Assembly (NCBI GenBank): GCA_937935355.1
Contig: CALGYR010000006.1
Span: 5,608-69,607, forward strand
DNA length: 64,000 nt
Direction of reading: 5' to 3'
DNA from: an uncultured bacterium
GTDB lineage: Bacteria > Planctomycetota > SZUA-567 > JAKLDR01
Of this stretch, positions 46,378 through 55,132 are shown piece after piece; the stretch's first letter is position 1; every line of letters begins with the position of its first letter. The notes under the pieces were generated by a model. That model made no database searches. It was not told the origin of the DNA and saw nothing but the letters and a program-made list of their open reading frames with translations. Both the position numbers and the translations under genes were made by a program.

Positions 46378-48420
46378 CTATTGCTGCGGACTGGCCGTCG
46401 CCCGGCGGAAGGCCCAGACCTCGGCGGAGCCGATGCCCTCCTGCCCGAAGGCGTCCACGGCCAGCACGCAGTAGCGGCGCATGGCGTCGCCGGGCAGCGA
46501 CTCGTCGGCGAACCCGGTCTCCTTGACCGGCTCGGCGTTGAGGCGCTTGGGCTTCTCGTAGGTCGCGGCGATCCGGTAGACGTTGTAGCCGACCACCGAC
46601 GGCGAGGGGTGCTTCGCCCACTTGAGCGTCACCTTGCCGGTCTCCGGCTCGGCCGCGGCGACCTCCGGGGCGTCCATCTGCTCCGGGATGGTCAGGGCGA
46701 AGGCCGAGGGGCCGCTCTCGACGCCGAGCCGGTTCACCGCCCGGACGTGGTAGGCCCAGAGGGCGTGGATCGCGCCGGACGGCTCGGGCGCGGCCAGGTC
46801 CACGGTCTTGTCCGTGAAGCGCGGCTCGGAGATCGGCTCGGCGTTGAGCTTCATGAAAGCCTCGGCGCCGCCCAGGCGCGAGACCTGGCCGCCAGAGACC
46901 GAGAGCACCCGTACGCGGGCGCGGTAGACGTTGTAGCCGATCACGTCCTTCTCGGAATTGACTGCCCAGGAGACCTCGGTCTCTTTCTCGTTCCTGAGGA
47001 CCACGAGAGGGCAGGCCGGGACGGCCGGTTGTGCCCTGAGCGGCGCGCTGAGGCGCTCGCCGACCTTCAGGCGATACCAGTAGACCCGGCCGCGCTCGAC
47101 TTTTTCGTCGCGGAAGGTCCCGGTGAACTTCGGCTCGATTTCGGCCCAGGCGAGCTTCCAGGGCTGCTCCCCTTCAGCGCGCAGGAGCGGACAGGCCAGT
47201 TCGGTCTTTTGTGGAACGGTCACGACCACGGCCTTGTCTTCGGCGGTGACCACCAGAGAGGAGTTCGCCAATATGCCCTCCGGGGCCTTGCCTTCCCTGT
47301 ACCGGTAGGTCCATGTCTCCCGGGTCGTGGGGTGGCCGGTGTGCCAGTCGGCGTGCCCGGGCCCGATCACGTGGACGTTGAGCTCGGGGACGTAGACGGC
47401 GCAGTGGTTGAAGTAGGCCGGTCCCGGCTCGGCCGGGGTGACTTCGGTCCAGTCGGGCTTGTCGAGGTCGAGCGTCCAGACGCGCATGCGCCACTTGCCG
47501 CTGCCAGGGCTGCCCTCCGCCGGGAAGCAGAGTGTCTGTCCGGCCGCCTCGTCGAAGGACAGGGGCGAATTGGTGCCGGCCGGCGGCGAGTGCTCCGGCC
47601 GGTGTTCCTTCCAGGCGTTGGCCGCCGGGTCGTAGGTCCAGAGGCCGGTCCTCCGGGGCGGCTCGCCCACCTCGGGCCCGGCGGCCGCGAGCATGACGAA
47701 GGTCTTGCGCTTGCGGTCGTAGCACAGGCTCCCGCCCAGGAAGGCCGGCGGCCTGGCCGGCGGGTTCATCTCGAACCAGCGGTTGGCCCCGCTGTCGTAA
47801 GCCCAGGTGTCGTTCTCCTGGCCCTCGCCGGAGAACATCAGGGTGATGAAGTGGTCGGGGCTCCAGGCCAGCGCCTTGTAGGGCCGGTTGGAGGGCCCGA
47901 AGGCCGGCCGCATGGGAGCCCACCGGTCGGCGGCCGCGTCGTAGAGCCACGGGGAGCTGGCGCGCAGGCCCCAGCCCTTCTGGCGGGTGAACTGCCAGCC
48001 GTGGCCGCCGGAGTGCCCCTCCATCTGCACCACCCGGCCGGCGACCTCGTCGTAGGTCGAGTCGCGCACGCAGCACGAGCCCATCGGACGGCGCGGCGGG
48101 TGGCCCTCCTTCCAGGCGTTGGCCGCCGGATCGTAGAGCCAGGTCTCGTCGAGCTGGGGCGAGTCGCACTGCAGGCCGTGGCCGCCCCACATCACCACCT
48201 TGTGGTTGCGGCGGTCATAAGCCAGCGAGGACTCGTAGCTCAGCCGCGGCAGGAGGCCCACGTCCTCCATCGGCCGGGCGGCCAGCCGGCGGACCCAGGT
48301 GCCCGGCTTCTGCTCGGCGACCGAGGGGACAGGCTGCGGCTGCTCCGCGGCTGGCGCGGGCTCTCCTTCAGCAGTCGCCGCCGCCGCCGCCGCCAGGAAC
48401 ATGCCGAGCACGAAGTTCAT
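46378..48420 (-). CDS. Secreted Kelch-like beta-propeller protein with two C-terminal fibronectin type III domains
   Basis: ATG 48420; signal peptide 'MNFVLGMFLAAAAAATAEG'. Kelch-like blades ('WLYDPAANAWKE', 'WAYDSGANRWFEM', 'WTYDPAANAWKEH'). FN3 'EVSWAVNSEKDVIGYNVYRA' and 'VTLKWAKHPSPSVVGYNVYRIA'. The 297-aa Arg-rich N-extension in the track is rejected. Confidence 0.8.
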   Translation of the reverse strand: MNFVLGMFLAAAAAATAEGEPAPAAEQPQPVPSVAEQKPGTWVRRLAARPMEDVGLLPRLSYESSLAYDRRNHKVVMWGGHGLQCDSPQLDETWLYDPAANAWKEGHPPRRPMGSCCVRDSTYDEVAGRVVQMEGHSGGHGWQFTRQKGWGLRASSPWLYDAAADRWAPMRPAFGPSNRPYKALAWSPDHFITLMFSGEGQENDTWAYDSGANRWFEMNPPARPPAFLGGSLCYDRKRKTFVMLAAAGPEVGEPPRRTGLWTYDPAANAWKEHRPEHSPPAGTNSPLSFDEAAGQTLCFPAEGSPGSGKWRMRVWTLDLDKPDWTEVTPAEPGPAYFNHCAVYVPELNVHVIGPGHADWHTGHPTTRETWTYRYREGKAPEGILANSSLVVTAEDKAVVVTVPQKTELACPLLRAEGEQPWKLAWAEIEPKFTGTFRDEKVERGRVYWYRLKVGERLSAPLRAQPAVPACPLVVLRNEKETEVSWAVNSEKDVIGYNVYRARVRVLSVSGGQVSRLGGAEAFMKLNAEPISEPRFTDKTVDLAAPEPSGAIHALWAYHVRAVNRLGVESGPSAFALTIPEQMDAPEVAAAEPETGKVTLKWAKHPSPSVVGYNVYRIAATYEKPKRLNAEPVKETGFADESLPGDAMRRYCVLAVDAFGQEGIGSAEVWAFRRATASPQQ

Positions 48421-48503
48421 GTGCGTTCCCGCCTCTTTCCCAGCTCCGGCTCCAGCCCCCGGACCCCAGACCCGAGCCCCGAGACCCGAGACCCTTCTCG
48501 CCG

Positions 48504-50528
48504 CTACTTCTCGTACGCCTCCAGCTCCGCCAGCCCCGGGCCGAAGGAGTCCTGGCGGGCGGTCTCGTAGCGCTCGACTTCCAGGACCAGTCTGCGCGCC
48601 CTGGCCGGCGGGAAGGCGACGTCCAGCGTCCGGAACATGTCCGGCGCTCGGACCGAGCCCTCCGCCAGCGTGGTCGCGGTTCCGGAGGCATCGAAGGCCA
48701 GCAGCCGGTACTGGGTGATCGGCCGCTCCGACGTCCCCAGGAAGCGGACCCGTCCGACCGCGAGCTCCTTTCCGAAGTCGACGGCGAAGCGCCCGCCGGG
48801 GCCGGCCGAGAGGACCGTGGCGGTCCCGGGCTGGCCGTCGGCGAAGCTGCCGGCCAGGTTGCCGCCGACCTCGGGGGCGAGCGGTTCGGCCGCGACCTTG
48901 CCGCCGCCCTCCCTGGCAAGCGCCGCGGCCACCAGGCCGGCGGGCGCGGCGCCATCGAGGGCCAGCAGCGCCGTTCGGGCGGCGGAGAGCGCTTCGAGCT
49001 CGCCCTCGAGCTCCGGCTGCCGGCCGGCCCCGTCGCGGAAGCCGTAGGCGTCGTCGGGGTCCAGGTCGAAGAGCCGCGGCTCCTTCCGGCGGTTGTAGTC
49101 CCAGGCGAGCTTGATGACTTCGAGCAGCAGCCCGTGCTTCTCCCGCGGGTCGGCGGCGGCCCCGGCCCGTTTCGCGAGCCGCGCCGCGCCGGCCACGGAT
49201 TGATAGTGGTCGAGCACCGCCCGGTGGTGCAGGGCGATGCGCTTCCTGGGCGGCGTGTTGGCCGGGGACTTGGTCCGGGCGGCGCGGAACCGGTCGGCCA
49301 GCGCCTTCCACTTACCGCAGGTGGTGTCGCTGGCGAGCGGATCGGGAGAGGCCAGTTCCGCGTCCATGGCCTCGAGCCCCAGGAAGTATCCGGCGATTTC
49401 GTCGCCGGCCTCGCCGCCGCCGTAGTAGAGCCGGCAGTAGTCCCTGACGAAGCCCTCGACCGGCTGCGGCCCCTTCCAGGCCGAGAGCGCGAAGTAGTCC
49501 GCGGCGATGCTGAACTCGTCGAGGAAGAAGCGCCGGGGGGAGCAGTCCATGCTGATATAGGCTGGCCTGTCGGAGGCAAGGAACTGGAAGGCCTGGATGT
49601 CGCCGAGCGGCCCTCGAGGTCCCGAAAAAGGCGTGCCCAGACACTTGATGGCCGAACTCGCGATCGACTGTTCGAGGGCGCTGGCCTGGACCCCGGGAAG
49701 CTTCTCGGTCGTCTTCTTTCGAGCCTCGGCCACTTTGACGGCGGCCTCCTCCGGCTTCTCGTCGCCCTTGAGGCCGGCCTGTGCTCGCCACCATGCATCG
49801 GGCGCGGTCAGTTCCAGCTCCAGCCCGCGGCGCAGGACCTCACGGGCTGCGGCCGAGGTCGAGCCGATGCCGGCTCGGTCCACCCGGACCACCAGCCGGT
49901 TAAGGCCGTTGGCGGCCATCCAGTCGAGGTAGCGCGGGGCCACCGCCCCGAGCGAGTCGGTCACCAGAGCCCTTATCGCGTGGACCGGGGCGTCCTTGAT
50001 CGGCTCCCGCGGCCAGGCGGTCTTCGCGTCCATCGGCACTTCGCCGAGGTCGTGCAGCGAGCAGAAGCGCCAGCCGCGCTCACGCAACAGCCGGGCCGCG
50101 GCGTAGACCACCGCCCGGGGGCTCGCGCCGGCCAGCACCGTCGCGCCGCCGTCGGTGGTTATCAGGAAGCCTTCGGGATTGGGCTGATCCTTCTGCCCCG
50201 GCAGGACTGGCAGGTCGGCCTTGAACTTGGCCAGCGCCGGGTTCGAGTCCGGAGTGCCCATGATGATAGCCGCCGCGTCGCCGGCGGCCGGGGCCGAGGC
50301 GCCCACCGCTGCCTCCGCGCCCAGGTCGCGGCGCAGCCGCTCGGCCAGGAACTCGGCGGCGTACTTCTCGGGATCGGTGGCCTTCTCGCCCAGGGCGATG
50401 ACGAAGCGCGGCCGGGCCGGCGGCTCCTTCCGGGCCGGCTCTCCGCTCATCGCTCGCGCGCTCAGGCACAACAAGAGCCCGGCGGCGGCCAGCGCCGCCC
50501 CGGACCTGACATTCGGTTTCATCGCCAA
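48504..50528 (-). CDS. Secreted glycoside-hydrolase-like protein with C-terminal discoidin (F5/8 type C) domain
   Basis: Signal peptide 'AALAAAGLLLCLSARAMSGEP'. N-terminal alpha/beta domain resembling GH20b/GH67-N ('IIMGTPDSNPALAKF...GFLITTDGGATVLAGASPRAVVYAAARLLRERGW'). C-terminus '...RVRFLG...YRLLAFDASG...GPGLAELEAYEK' is discoidin-like. Confidence 0.6.
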   Translation of the reverse strand: MAMKPNVRSGAALAAAGLLLCLSARAMSGEPARKEPPARPRFVIALGEKATDPEKYAAEFLAERLRRDLGAEAAVGASAPAAGDAAAIIMGTPDSNPALAKFKADLPVLPGQKDQPNPEGFLITTDGGATVLAGASPRAVVYAAARLLRERGWRFCSLHDLGEVPMDAKTAWPREPIKDAPVHAIRALVTDSLGAVAPRYLDWMAANGLNRLVVRVDRAGIGSTSAAAREVLRRGLELELTAPDAWWRAQAGLKGDEKPEEAAVKVAEARKKTTEKLPGVQASALEQSIASSAIKCLGTPFSGPRGPLGDIQAFQFLASDRPAYISMDCSPRRFFLDEFSIAADYFALSAWKGPQPVEGFVRDYCRLYYGGGEAGDEIAGYFLGLEAMDAELASPDPLASDTTCGKWKALADRFRAARTKSPANTPPRKRIALHHRAVLDHYQSVAGAARLAKRAGAAADPREKHGLLLEVIKLAWDYNRRKEPRLFDLDPDDAYGFRDGAGRQPELEGELEALSAARTALLALDGAAPAGLVAAALAREGGGKVAAEPLAPEVGGNLAGSFADGQPGTATVLSAGPGGRFAVDFGKELAVGRVRFLGTSERPITQYRLLAFDASGTATTLAEGSVRAPDMFRTLDVAFPPARARRLVLEVERYETARQDSFGPGLAELEAYEK

Positions 50529-50613
50529 TGACTATTCCGAAGGCGGCGGAAAGTTCAAGAAGAAAACGGCCGGCGAGGCCGCGTCCTTACCCTCCTTCGT
50601 GTTCGAGCGGGTG

Positions 50614-50790
50614 CTTTCACCACGAAGTCACGAAGACACGAAGAAGTCACCGAGAACGACATGGGATGTCGTGCGCGGCCATGGCCCCGGGAGTCCGGGC
50701 GTTATCGCCGCGGATTTCGAACCATCGCCGTTCTTCGTGTCTTCTTCGTGCCTTGGTGGCTTTGTGGTTCGTATGCCACGAATCGGAGAG
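50614..50790. repeat. Palindromic CACGAAG-repeat element, copy B (~45-bp inverted arms around a ~70-bp spacer containing CGACATgggATGTCG)
   Basis: Left 'CACCACGAAGTCACGAAGACACGAAGAAGTCAC' (50618-50650); right 'TTCTTCGTGTCTTCTTCGTGCCTTGGTGG' (50741-50769) is its reverse complement. Sits in the divergent promoter region between the 48504 gene and the DJ-1 gene. Confidence 0.5.
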
Positions 50791-50877
50791 AGAGATGGAG
50801 TCGTTAAGCCATGCGTCCTGCCGGGGCGGAATCTCCCCGCTTCGCCGCCGGTTTGATGTCCGAAAGGAGAGTGCGCC

Positions 50878-51402
50878 ATGAAGGCTCTGATACTGGCCGC
50901 CGACGGATTCGAGGACAGCGAGTTGCTCGTGCCCATGTACCGCCTGAAGGAGGAGGGCTTCGAGGTGGACGTGGCCACGCCCACCGGGAGCAGGATCACC
51001 GGCAAGCACGGCTACGAGGTGCCGGGCACGGCCGACCTGTCCCAGGTCCGTCCCGACGAGTACGACCTGCTGGTCATCCCCGGCGGGCGCGCCCCGGAGA
51101 CCGTGCGTCTCGAGGAACAGGCCGTGGCCGCGACCCGCGCGATGATCGACAAGAACAAGATCGTCTGCGTCATCTGCCACGGCGCCCAGGTGCTGGTTTC
51201 CGCCGGCGCGGTCAAGGGCCGGAAGCTCACCTGCTGGATGGGCATCCGCGACGACGTCAAGGCCGCCGGCGGAGAGTTCCGCGACGAGGAGGTGGTGGTC
51301 GACCGCAACCTGGTCACCAGCCGCTTCCCCGGGGACCTGCCGGCCTTCTGCCGCGAGATGATGAAGCTGGTCCGGCAGCGGAAGCTTTCTCCCAACCGAT
51401 GA
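50878..51402 (+). CDS. DJ-1/PfpI family protein (intracellular protease/glyoxalase-like)
   Basis: 'MKALILAADGFEDSELLVP...YDLLVIPGG...KIVCVICHGAQVL' with the nucleophile-elbow Cys-His typical of PfpI/DJ-1. Confidence 0.85.
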   Translation: MKALILAADGFEDSELLVPMYRLKEEGFEVDVATPTGSRITGKHGYEVPGTADLSQVRPDEYDLLVIPGGRAPETVRLEEQAVAATRAMIDKNKIVCVICHGAQVLVSAGAVKGRKLTCWMGIRDDVKAAGGEFRDEEVVVDRNLVTSRFPGDLPAFCREMMKLVRQRKLSPNR

Positions 51403-51433
51403 GGCGCGGGGAGGAGGGCTACGGTCCTTCTTG

Positions 51434-52240
51434 CTACGGCTTCCCTGCCGGGGCGCTTCCGTCTGCCGGCTTGCCGGCCATCGAGGCCGGGGCATCAGCA
51501 CTCCGCCTGATGGCTCCCGCGGCTCCCAGGAGGGCCGCGGCGAGAAGATAGCCGGAGAGATATCGCCAGGCGGAGGGCACGGCCATCGGGTAGTCCGTCC
51601 CCACCCAGTGTTCGTAGAACCACGGCGAGGAGTGCGGCACGTACTCCCAGCCGACCGGCCGCGACGCCCCGACGAGCGTGTAGGCGGCAGCCAGGGGCGG
51701 CGAGCGCAGCCCCATCGAGATCAGCCGGTCGCGCGCGGCCGGCCGTCCCTCCGCGGACAAAGCCTTGATGGCCGTCAAGGAGTAGAGCGGCAGGAGCAGG
51801 AAGGCGAGGATCAGCGTGGCGGCAAGTCCCGCCGCGGCGCGCGGCCGGCGCGTCAGTCGCGTCAGCGCCAGCGTCAGCCCGGCGGAGGCGAGCCCCGCGC
51901 CGGCGGCCGCCAGCTTGGCGAGCAGCACGCCGCCGAGCGCTCCCCGGTCGAGCCCCGTGGCCAGCACCAGTTCTCCGGGCAGCGGGGCCACGAAAACCCA
52001 TCCGACCGGCGCGGCGACGGCCAGGGCCGCGCGCCAGAAACCCCCGCGCGCCGCGCTCCCGGCGGCGAAGAGCGGCGCCAGACAGGCGGCCAGCGCCTCC
52101 GCGATCACCGCGAAGGTCAGGACCTTCCGAGCTCTAACGGTAGCGTCGCCGCCGGTCGCGGCCGTCAGGATAAGGAGCAGACCGGCCGCGGCGGCTGCCG
52201 AGGCGAGCAGTACCGGCGCTCGGCGGGCGGCGGGGGTCAC
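51434..52240 (-). CDS. Hypothetical integral membrane protein (~6 TM, 268 aa), last gene of the MlaF-like operon
   Basis: GTG start at compl. 52238-52240 overlaps the lipoprotein stop (GTGA). Hydrophobic Ala/Leu-rich segments 'VLLASAAAAAGLLLILTAATGG', 'LTFAVIAEALAACLAPLFAAG', 'LAATLILAFLLLPLYSLTAI'. Its size is similar to MlaE-type permeases, but no motif was verified. Confidence 0.45.
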   Translation of the reverse strand: MTPAARRAPVLLASAAAAAGLLLILTAATGGDATVRARKVLTFAVIAEALAACLAPLFAAGSAARGGFWRAALAVAAPVGWVFVAPLPGELVLATGLDRGALGGVLLAKLAAAGAGLASAGLTLALTRLTRRPRAAAGLAATLILAFLLLPLYSLTAIKALSAEGRPAARDRLISMGLRSPPLAAAYTLVGASRPVGWEYVPHSSPWFYEHWVGTDYPMAVPSAWRYLSGYLLAAALLGAAGAIRRSADAPASMAGKPADGSAPAGKP

Positions 52241-54285
52241 TGGGGCTCCAGCCGGGATTCGGGGGTTGGGGACTGGGGGCCAGGGGCAGGCGACGAGGTG
52301 GAGGGCGCGGCCTCTTCCGTTCCCGTTCCCCGCCCCTCGTCCCCCGCCCCCGGCATCACGGGCAGCAACTCCCGGAAGGCCGACGAGCCCCACACCGGGG
52401 CCGGCGGCATGGACACGGGATCCCGGCTCGGCGCGGCCACGACCGGCGAGGGCAGTTCGTCCCAGCCCTCGGGCTTGCGTCCGATGGGAATCCAGAGGAT
52501 GCGCACGCGCCTGGCCTGCGCGCGCCGCTCGTAGCCGAAGAGGCCGCCGAGGATGCGGAAGCGCCTGGCGCTCTCCCCCGCGGTCTGGCGGGTCTCCCCG
52601 GGCGGAGGGGCGGCCGCCGGGCCGCCCGTCGAGCCGCGCCGCGAGTAGTCGAATAGCGGGAAGAAGCGCACGTTCCTGCCCTCCGGCGTGCGCACGTGCT
52701 TGAAGAGGTTGAAGAGCGCGTGGTCGCGCAGCGTGCCGTCGGCGAAGCACTCGTGGCGGTAGAGCGTGAAGAATGGGCCGTAGACCCGGTCGAAGGCCAG
52801 CCGGTTGCGGAACCACCAGGGCTCCAGGGTCGTGAAGAACCTCTCGCCGCTCGGCCCGCGGTCATAGCGGAAGAGCGGCCAGAAGAGCGCGTTCACGTCG
52901 CTCCTCATGTCCCCGGGGTCGATCGGGCGTTCGGCGCGGCCGGGCGGCTCCGGATAGGCGCCGGGTTCCCGGATGGCCGCGAGCCTCCGGCGCTCGGGGG
53001 GCAGCGGCGGCAGGACCCGCACCCGCCGCCCGTCGAGCGTCTTCTCCACCCACTCCCGGCGCACGTAGCGGAAAACGAACGCCGAGGTCACCGTGGTCAC
53101 GCGCATGGGCGGCTCGTCGCCCGTCTCCCGGATGTAGAACGGCCAGAGCACCTGGCGACTCTCCCCGTAGGCGCCCACCCGGTGGCCGTAGAACGGGAAG
53201 ATCTTGAAGCCGTGGACGCTCTCTCCCGTGATCCAGGATACGAAGGGCCATGGCGCGTGCCACTCGACGAACTCGTTGTTCTTGTGCCAGGCGTGCTTGC
53301 GGCCGAAGAGCGGCCAGAGCACGCTGTAGTAACTGATCTGGTCGCCACGGTAGCTCATCCAGAACGGGAAGAAGACCCAGGTCTCGGAGGGGTGCGGCGT
53401 GTCCAGGGCCAGCTGCCAGTGGTGGAAGAAGGGCCAGAGCGCGAAGACCCGGCGGTAGCGCCCGTCGCGCGCGTCGATCCCGTAGAGCGGCCAGACCCGC
53501 CAGCCGCGAACGTCGGGTCCGCGCCACACGCCGAAGACCGGCCAGAGCACGTTCCACGAATGGTAGAACTCGCTCTGGTAGTCCACCCATAGCGGGAAGG
53601 CCGCGAAGCGGATCCACCTGGTCCCGAGCTTGCCCTTGAGCAGTCCGGCGACCGGGAAGACCGCGAAGTAACTCCCGCGGGCGGTGTCGGAGCCGCCCCA
53701 CAGCACGGGCATGACCGCCCAGTCGGTCTTCGCGGCCGGCTCTCCGCCGGAGCGGTCGACGCGCTTGTCCCACCAGACGATCGGGAAGACGTGCAGGCGG
53801 TTCGACTCGCCGTTGCGCGTGGCCCACACGATGGGCCAGAGCGCGCGGAAGTCCCAGCGGATCGAGCCCGGGCCCTCGTCCTCGAGATAGCCGAGCGGTC
53901 GGACGATGGTCACGCGGTTGCCCGGCTGCGACCACCCCGTGGCCAGGGGCAGCAGCGCCCCCCAGTCGAGCCGGCCGGCGGGCGTCTCCTGCCAGAAGAA
54001 GAACGGCCCGGATCCCTCGCTGAGCCCCCGGGCAGCCGCGGCCTGTGCCGCCTCTTCGGCCGGTGGCGCCGGGCGGAGGGCCGCGGCCCGGAGCGGCTCG
54101 TTGCGCTCCGGAACCTTCGGCCGGCCGCATCCCGCAACGGACGCCAGCAGCAAGCCACAGATGCACACAGATGCACACAGATGCCGAATACCGCCTGGAA
54201 CGACCGGAGACCGGCTCCGCCTGCTCCGGCCATCTTCGCAAATCCGGAACCCGGAACCCGGAACCCGGAACATCCCGTTATTCAT
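52237..54285 (-). CDS. Lipoprotein with ~20 short aromatic 'WP(L/F/I)(F/Y/W)' repeats (682 aa), translationally coupled to the MlaF-like ATPase
   Basis: ATG 54285 overlaps the ATPase stop (ATGAATAA). Lipobox 'LLLASVAGC'. Repeats 'FPIVWW', 'MPVLWG', 'WPVFGVW', 'WPLYG', 'WPFFHHW', 'FPFWMSY', 'WPLFGRK', 'WPFVSW', 'FPFYGH', 'WPFYIRE', 'FWPLFRYD'. The 5' end contains (CCGGAAC)x4 and CACAGATGCA x3 repeats. Confidence 0.6.
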   Translation of the reverse strand: MNNGMFRVPGSGFRICEDGRSRRSRSPVVPGGIRHLCASVCICGLLLASVAGCGRPKVPERNEPLRAAALRPAPPAEEAAQAAAARGLSEGSGPFFFWQETPAGRLDWGALLPLATGWSQPGNRVTIVRPLGYLEDEGPGSIRWDFRALWPIVWATRNGESNRLHVFPIVWWDKRVDRSGGEPAAKTDWAVMPVLWGGSDTARGSYFAVFPVAGLLKGKLGTRWIRFAAFPLWVDYQSEFYHSWNVLWPVFGVWRGPDVRGWRVWPLYGIDARDGRYRRVFALWPFFHHWQLALDTPHPSETWVFFPFWMSYRGDQISYYSVLWPLFGRKHAWHKNNEFVEWHAPWPFVSWITGESVHGFKIFPFYGHRVGAYGESRQVLWPFYIRETGDEPPMRVTTVTSAFVFRYVRREWVEKTLDGRRVRVLPPLPPERRRLAAIREPGAYPEPPGRAERPIDPGDMRSDVNALFWPLFRYDRGPSGERFFTTLEPWWFRNRLAFDRVYGPFFTLYRHECFADGTLRDHALFNLFKHVRTPEGRNVRFFPLFDYSRRGSTGGPAAAPPPGETRQTAGESARRFRILGGLFGYERRAQARRVRILWIPIGRKPEGWDELPSPVVAAPSRDPVSMPPAPVWGSSAFRELLPVMPGAGDEGRGTGTEEAAPSTSSPAPGPQSPTPESRLEPQ
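54154..54185. repeat. CACAGATG decamer-repeat locus 3 (GCCACAGATGCACACAGATGCACACAGATGCC)
   Basis: Three exact 10-bp-phased copies; lies within codons ~34-43 of the lipoprotein gene. Confidence 0.6.
54244..54271. repeat. (CCGGAAC)x4 heptanucleotide tandem repeat inside the 5' end of the lipoprotein CDS
   Basis: ccggaac|ccggaac|ccggaac|ccggaac exact; encodes 'FRVPGSGFR' (codons 6-14 on the minus strand). Confidence 0.7.
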
Positions 54286-55033
54286 CCGTCAGCGGCCCGG
54301 TGGTGTGGCCTTCGAGGAACTGGCGGACGGCGGGATCGCGCGTATTGCGCATCTCCTCGACGGTGCCCTCGGCGATGATCTTGCCGCGGAAGAGCATGGC
54401 CGCGCGGTCGGCCACCCGGAAGACGGTGTGGATGTCGTGGGTGATGATGATGGAGGTTGCTCCGGTCTTCTCGCGCATCTCGCCGGCCAGGTCCACGGTG
54501 GCGTTGGCCATGATCGGGTCCAGGCCGGCGGTGGGCTCGTCGTAGAGTATGACCCGCGGCTCGCGCACCAGCGCCCGGGCCAGCCCCACGCGCTTCCTCA
54601 TGCCGCCGGAGAGGTCGGCGGGCATGTAGTCTTCGAAGCCCTCGAGGTGGACCAGTCCCAGCTTTTCCTCCGCGATCTCGCGGATGCGCTCCTTGGGCAG
54701 CTTGGTATGCTCGGCGAGCGGCAGGCCCACGTTTTCCGCGACGGTCAGGCTGTTGAGCAGCGCCGCGCCCTGGAAGACCAGGCCGATGGACTCGCGGATC
54801 CTGCCGAGTTCCCTGCGCCGGGCCTTGACCACCGAACGGCCCTCGACGAGCACGTCGCCCTTGTCGGGCCGCATCAGCCCCACGATGTGCTTGATGAGCG
54901 TGGACTTGCCCACGCCGGAGGGGCCCACCACCGCGAGGATCTGCCCGGCCTCGACGGAAAGGCTAACGTCGTCGAGGACCTGGCGGGTCCCGAGCCTCTT
55001 GGAGACGTGGACGATCTCGATTGCAGCGGCCAA
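54278..55033 (-). CDS. MlaF/Ttg2A-like ABC transporter ATP-binding protein
   Basis: Walker A 'GPSGVGKST', 'LSGGMRKRVGLARALVREPRVILYDEPTAGLDPI', C-terminal 'RNTRDPAVRQFLEG' as in MlaF. TTG start at 55033 is 8 nt after GGGAG. Confidence 0.85.
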   Translation of the reverse strand: MAAAIEIVHVSKRLGTRQVLDDVSLSVEAGQILAVVGPSGVGKSTLIKHIVGLMRPDKGDVLVEGRSVVKARRRELGRIRESIGLVFQGAALLNSLTVAENVGLPLAEHTKLPKERIREIAEEKLGLVHLEGFEDYMPADLSGGMRKRVGLARALVREPRVILYDEPTAGLDPIMANATVDLAGEMREKTGATSIIITHDIHTVFRVADRAAMLFRGKIIAEGTVEEMRNTRDPAVRQFLEGHTTGPLTDE

Positions 55034-55132
55034 GCGAATCGCTCCCGGCTGTTCCGAAGGGAAGGTTAGCCGGGGGCGGTGCGGGAGTCAAGTGGCCCTG
55101 CCGGGCCATCCGGTTGCCACAGTCCGAGCCGG

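Noticed and set aside
46360-48570. 736-aa + strand ORF
   Set aside because: Antisense of the Kelch/FN3 gene; Gly/Arg/Val-rich low-complexity translation.
48421-49311. 297-aa N-terminal extension of the Kelch/FN3 protein
   Set aside because: Arg-rich low complexity overlapping the upstream GH-like gene; signal peptide begins at ATG 48420.
50700-50722. tRNA T-arm-like string GGTTCGAAATCC (minus strand)
   Set aside because: No matching acceptor/anticodon stems could be folded; lies in the spacer of the CACGAAG palindromic element.
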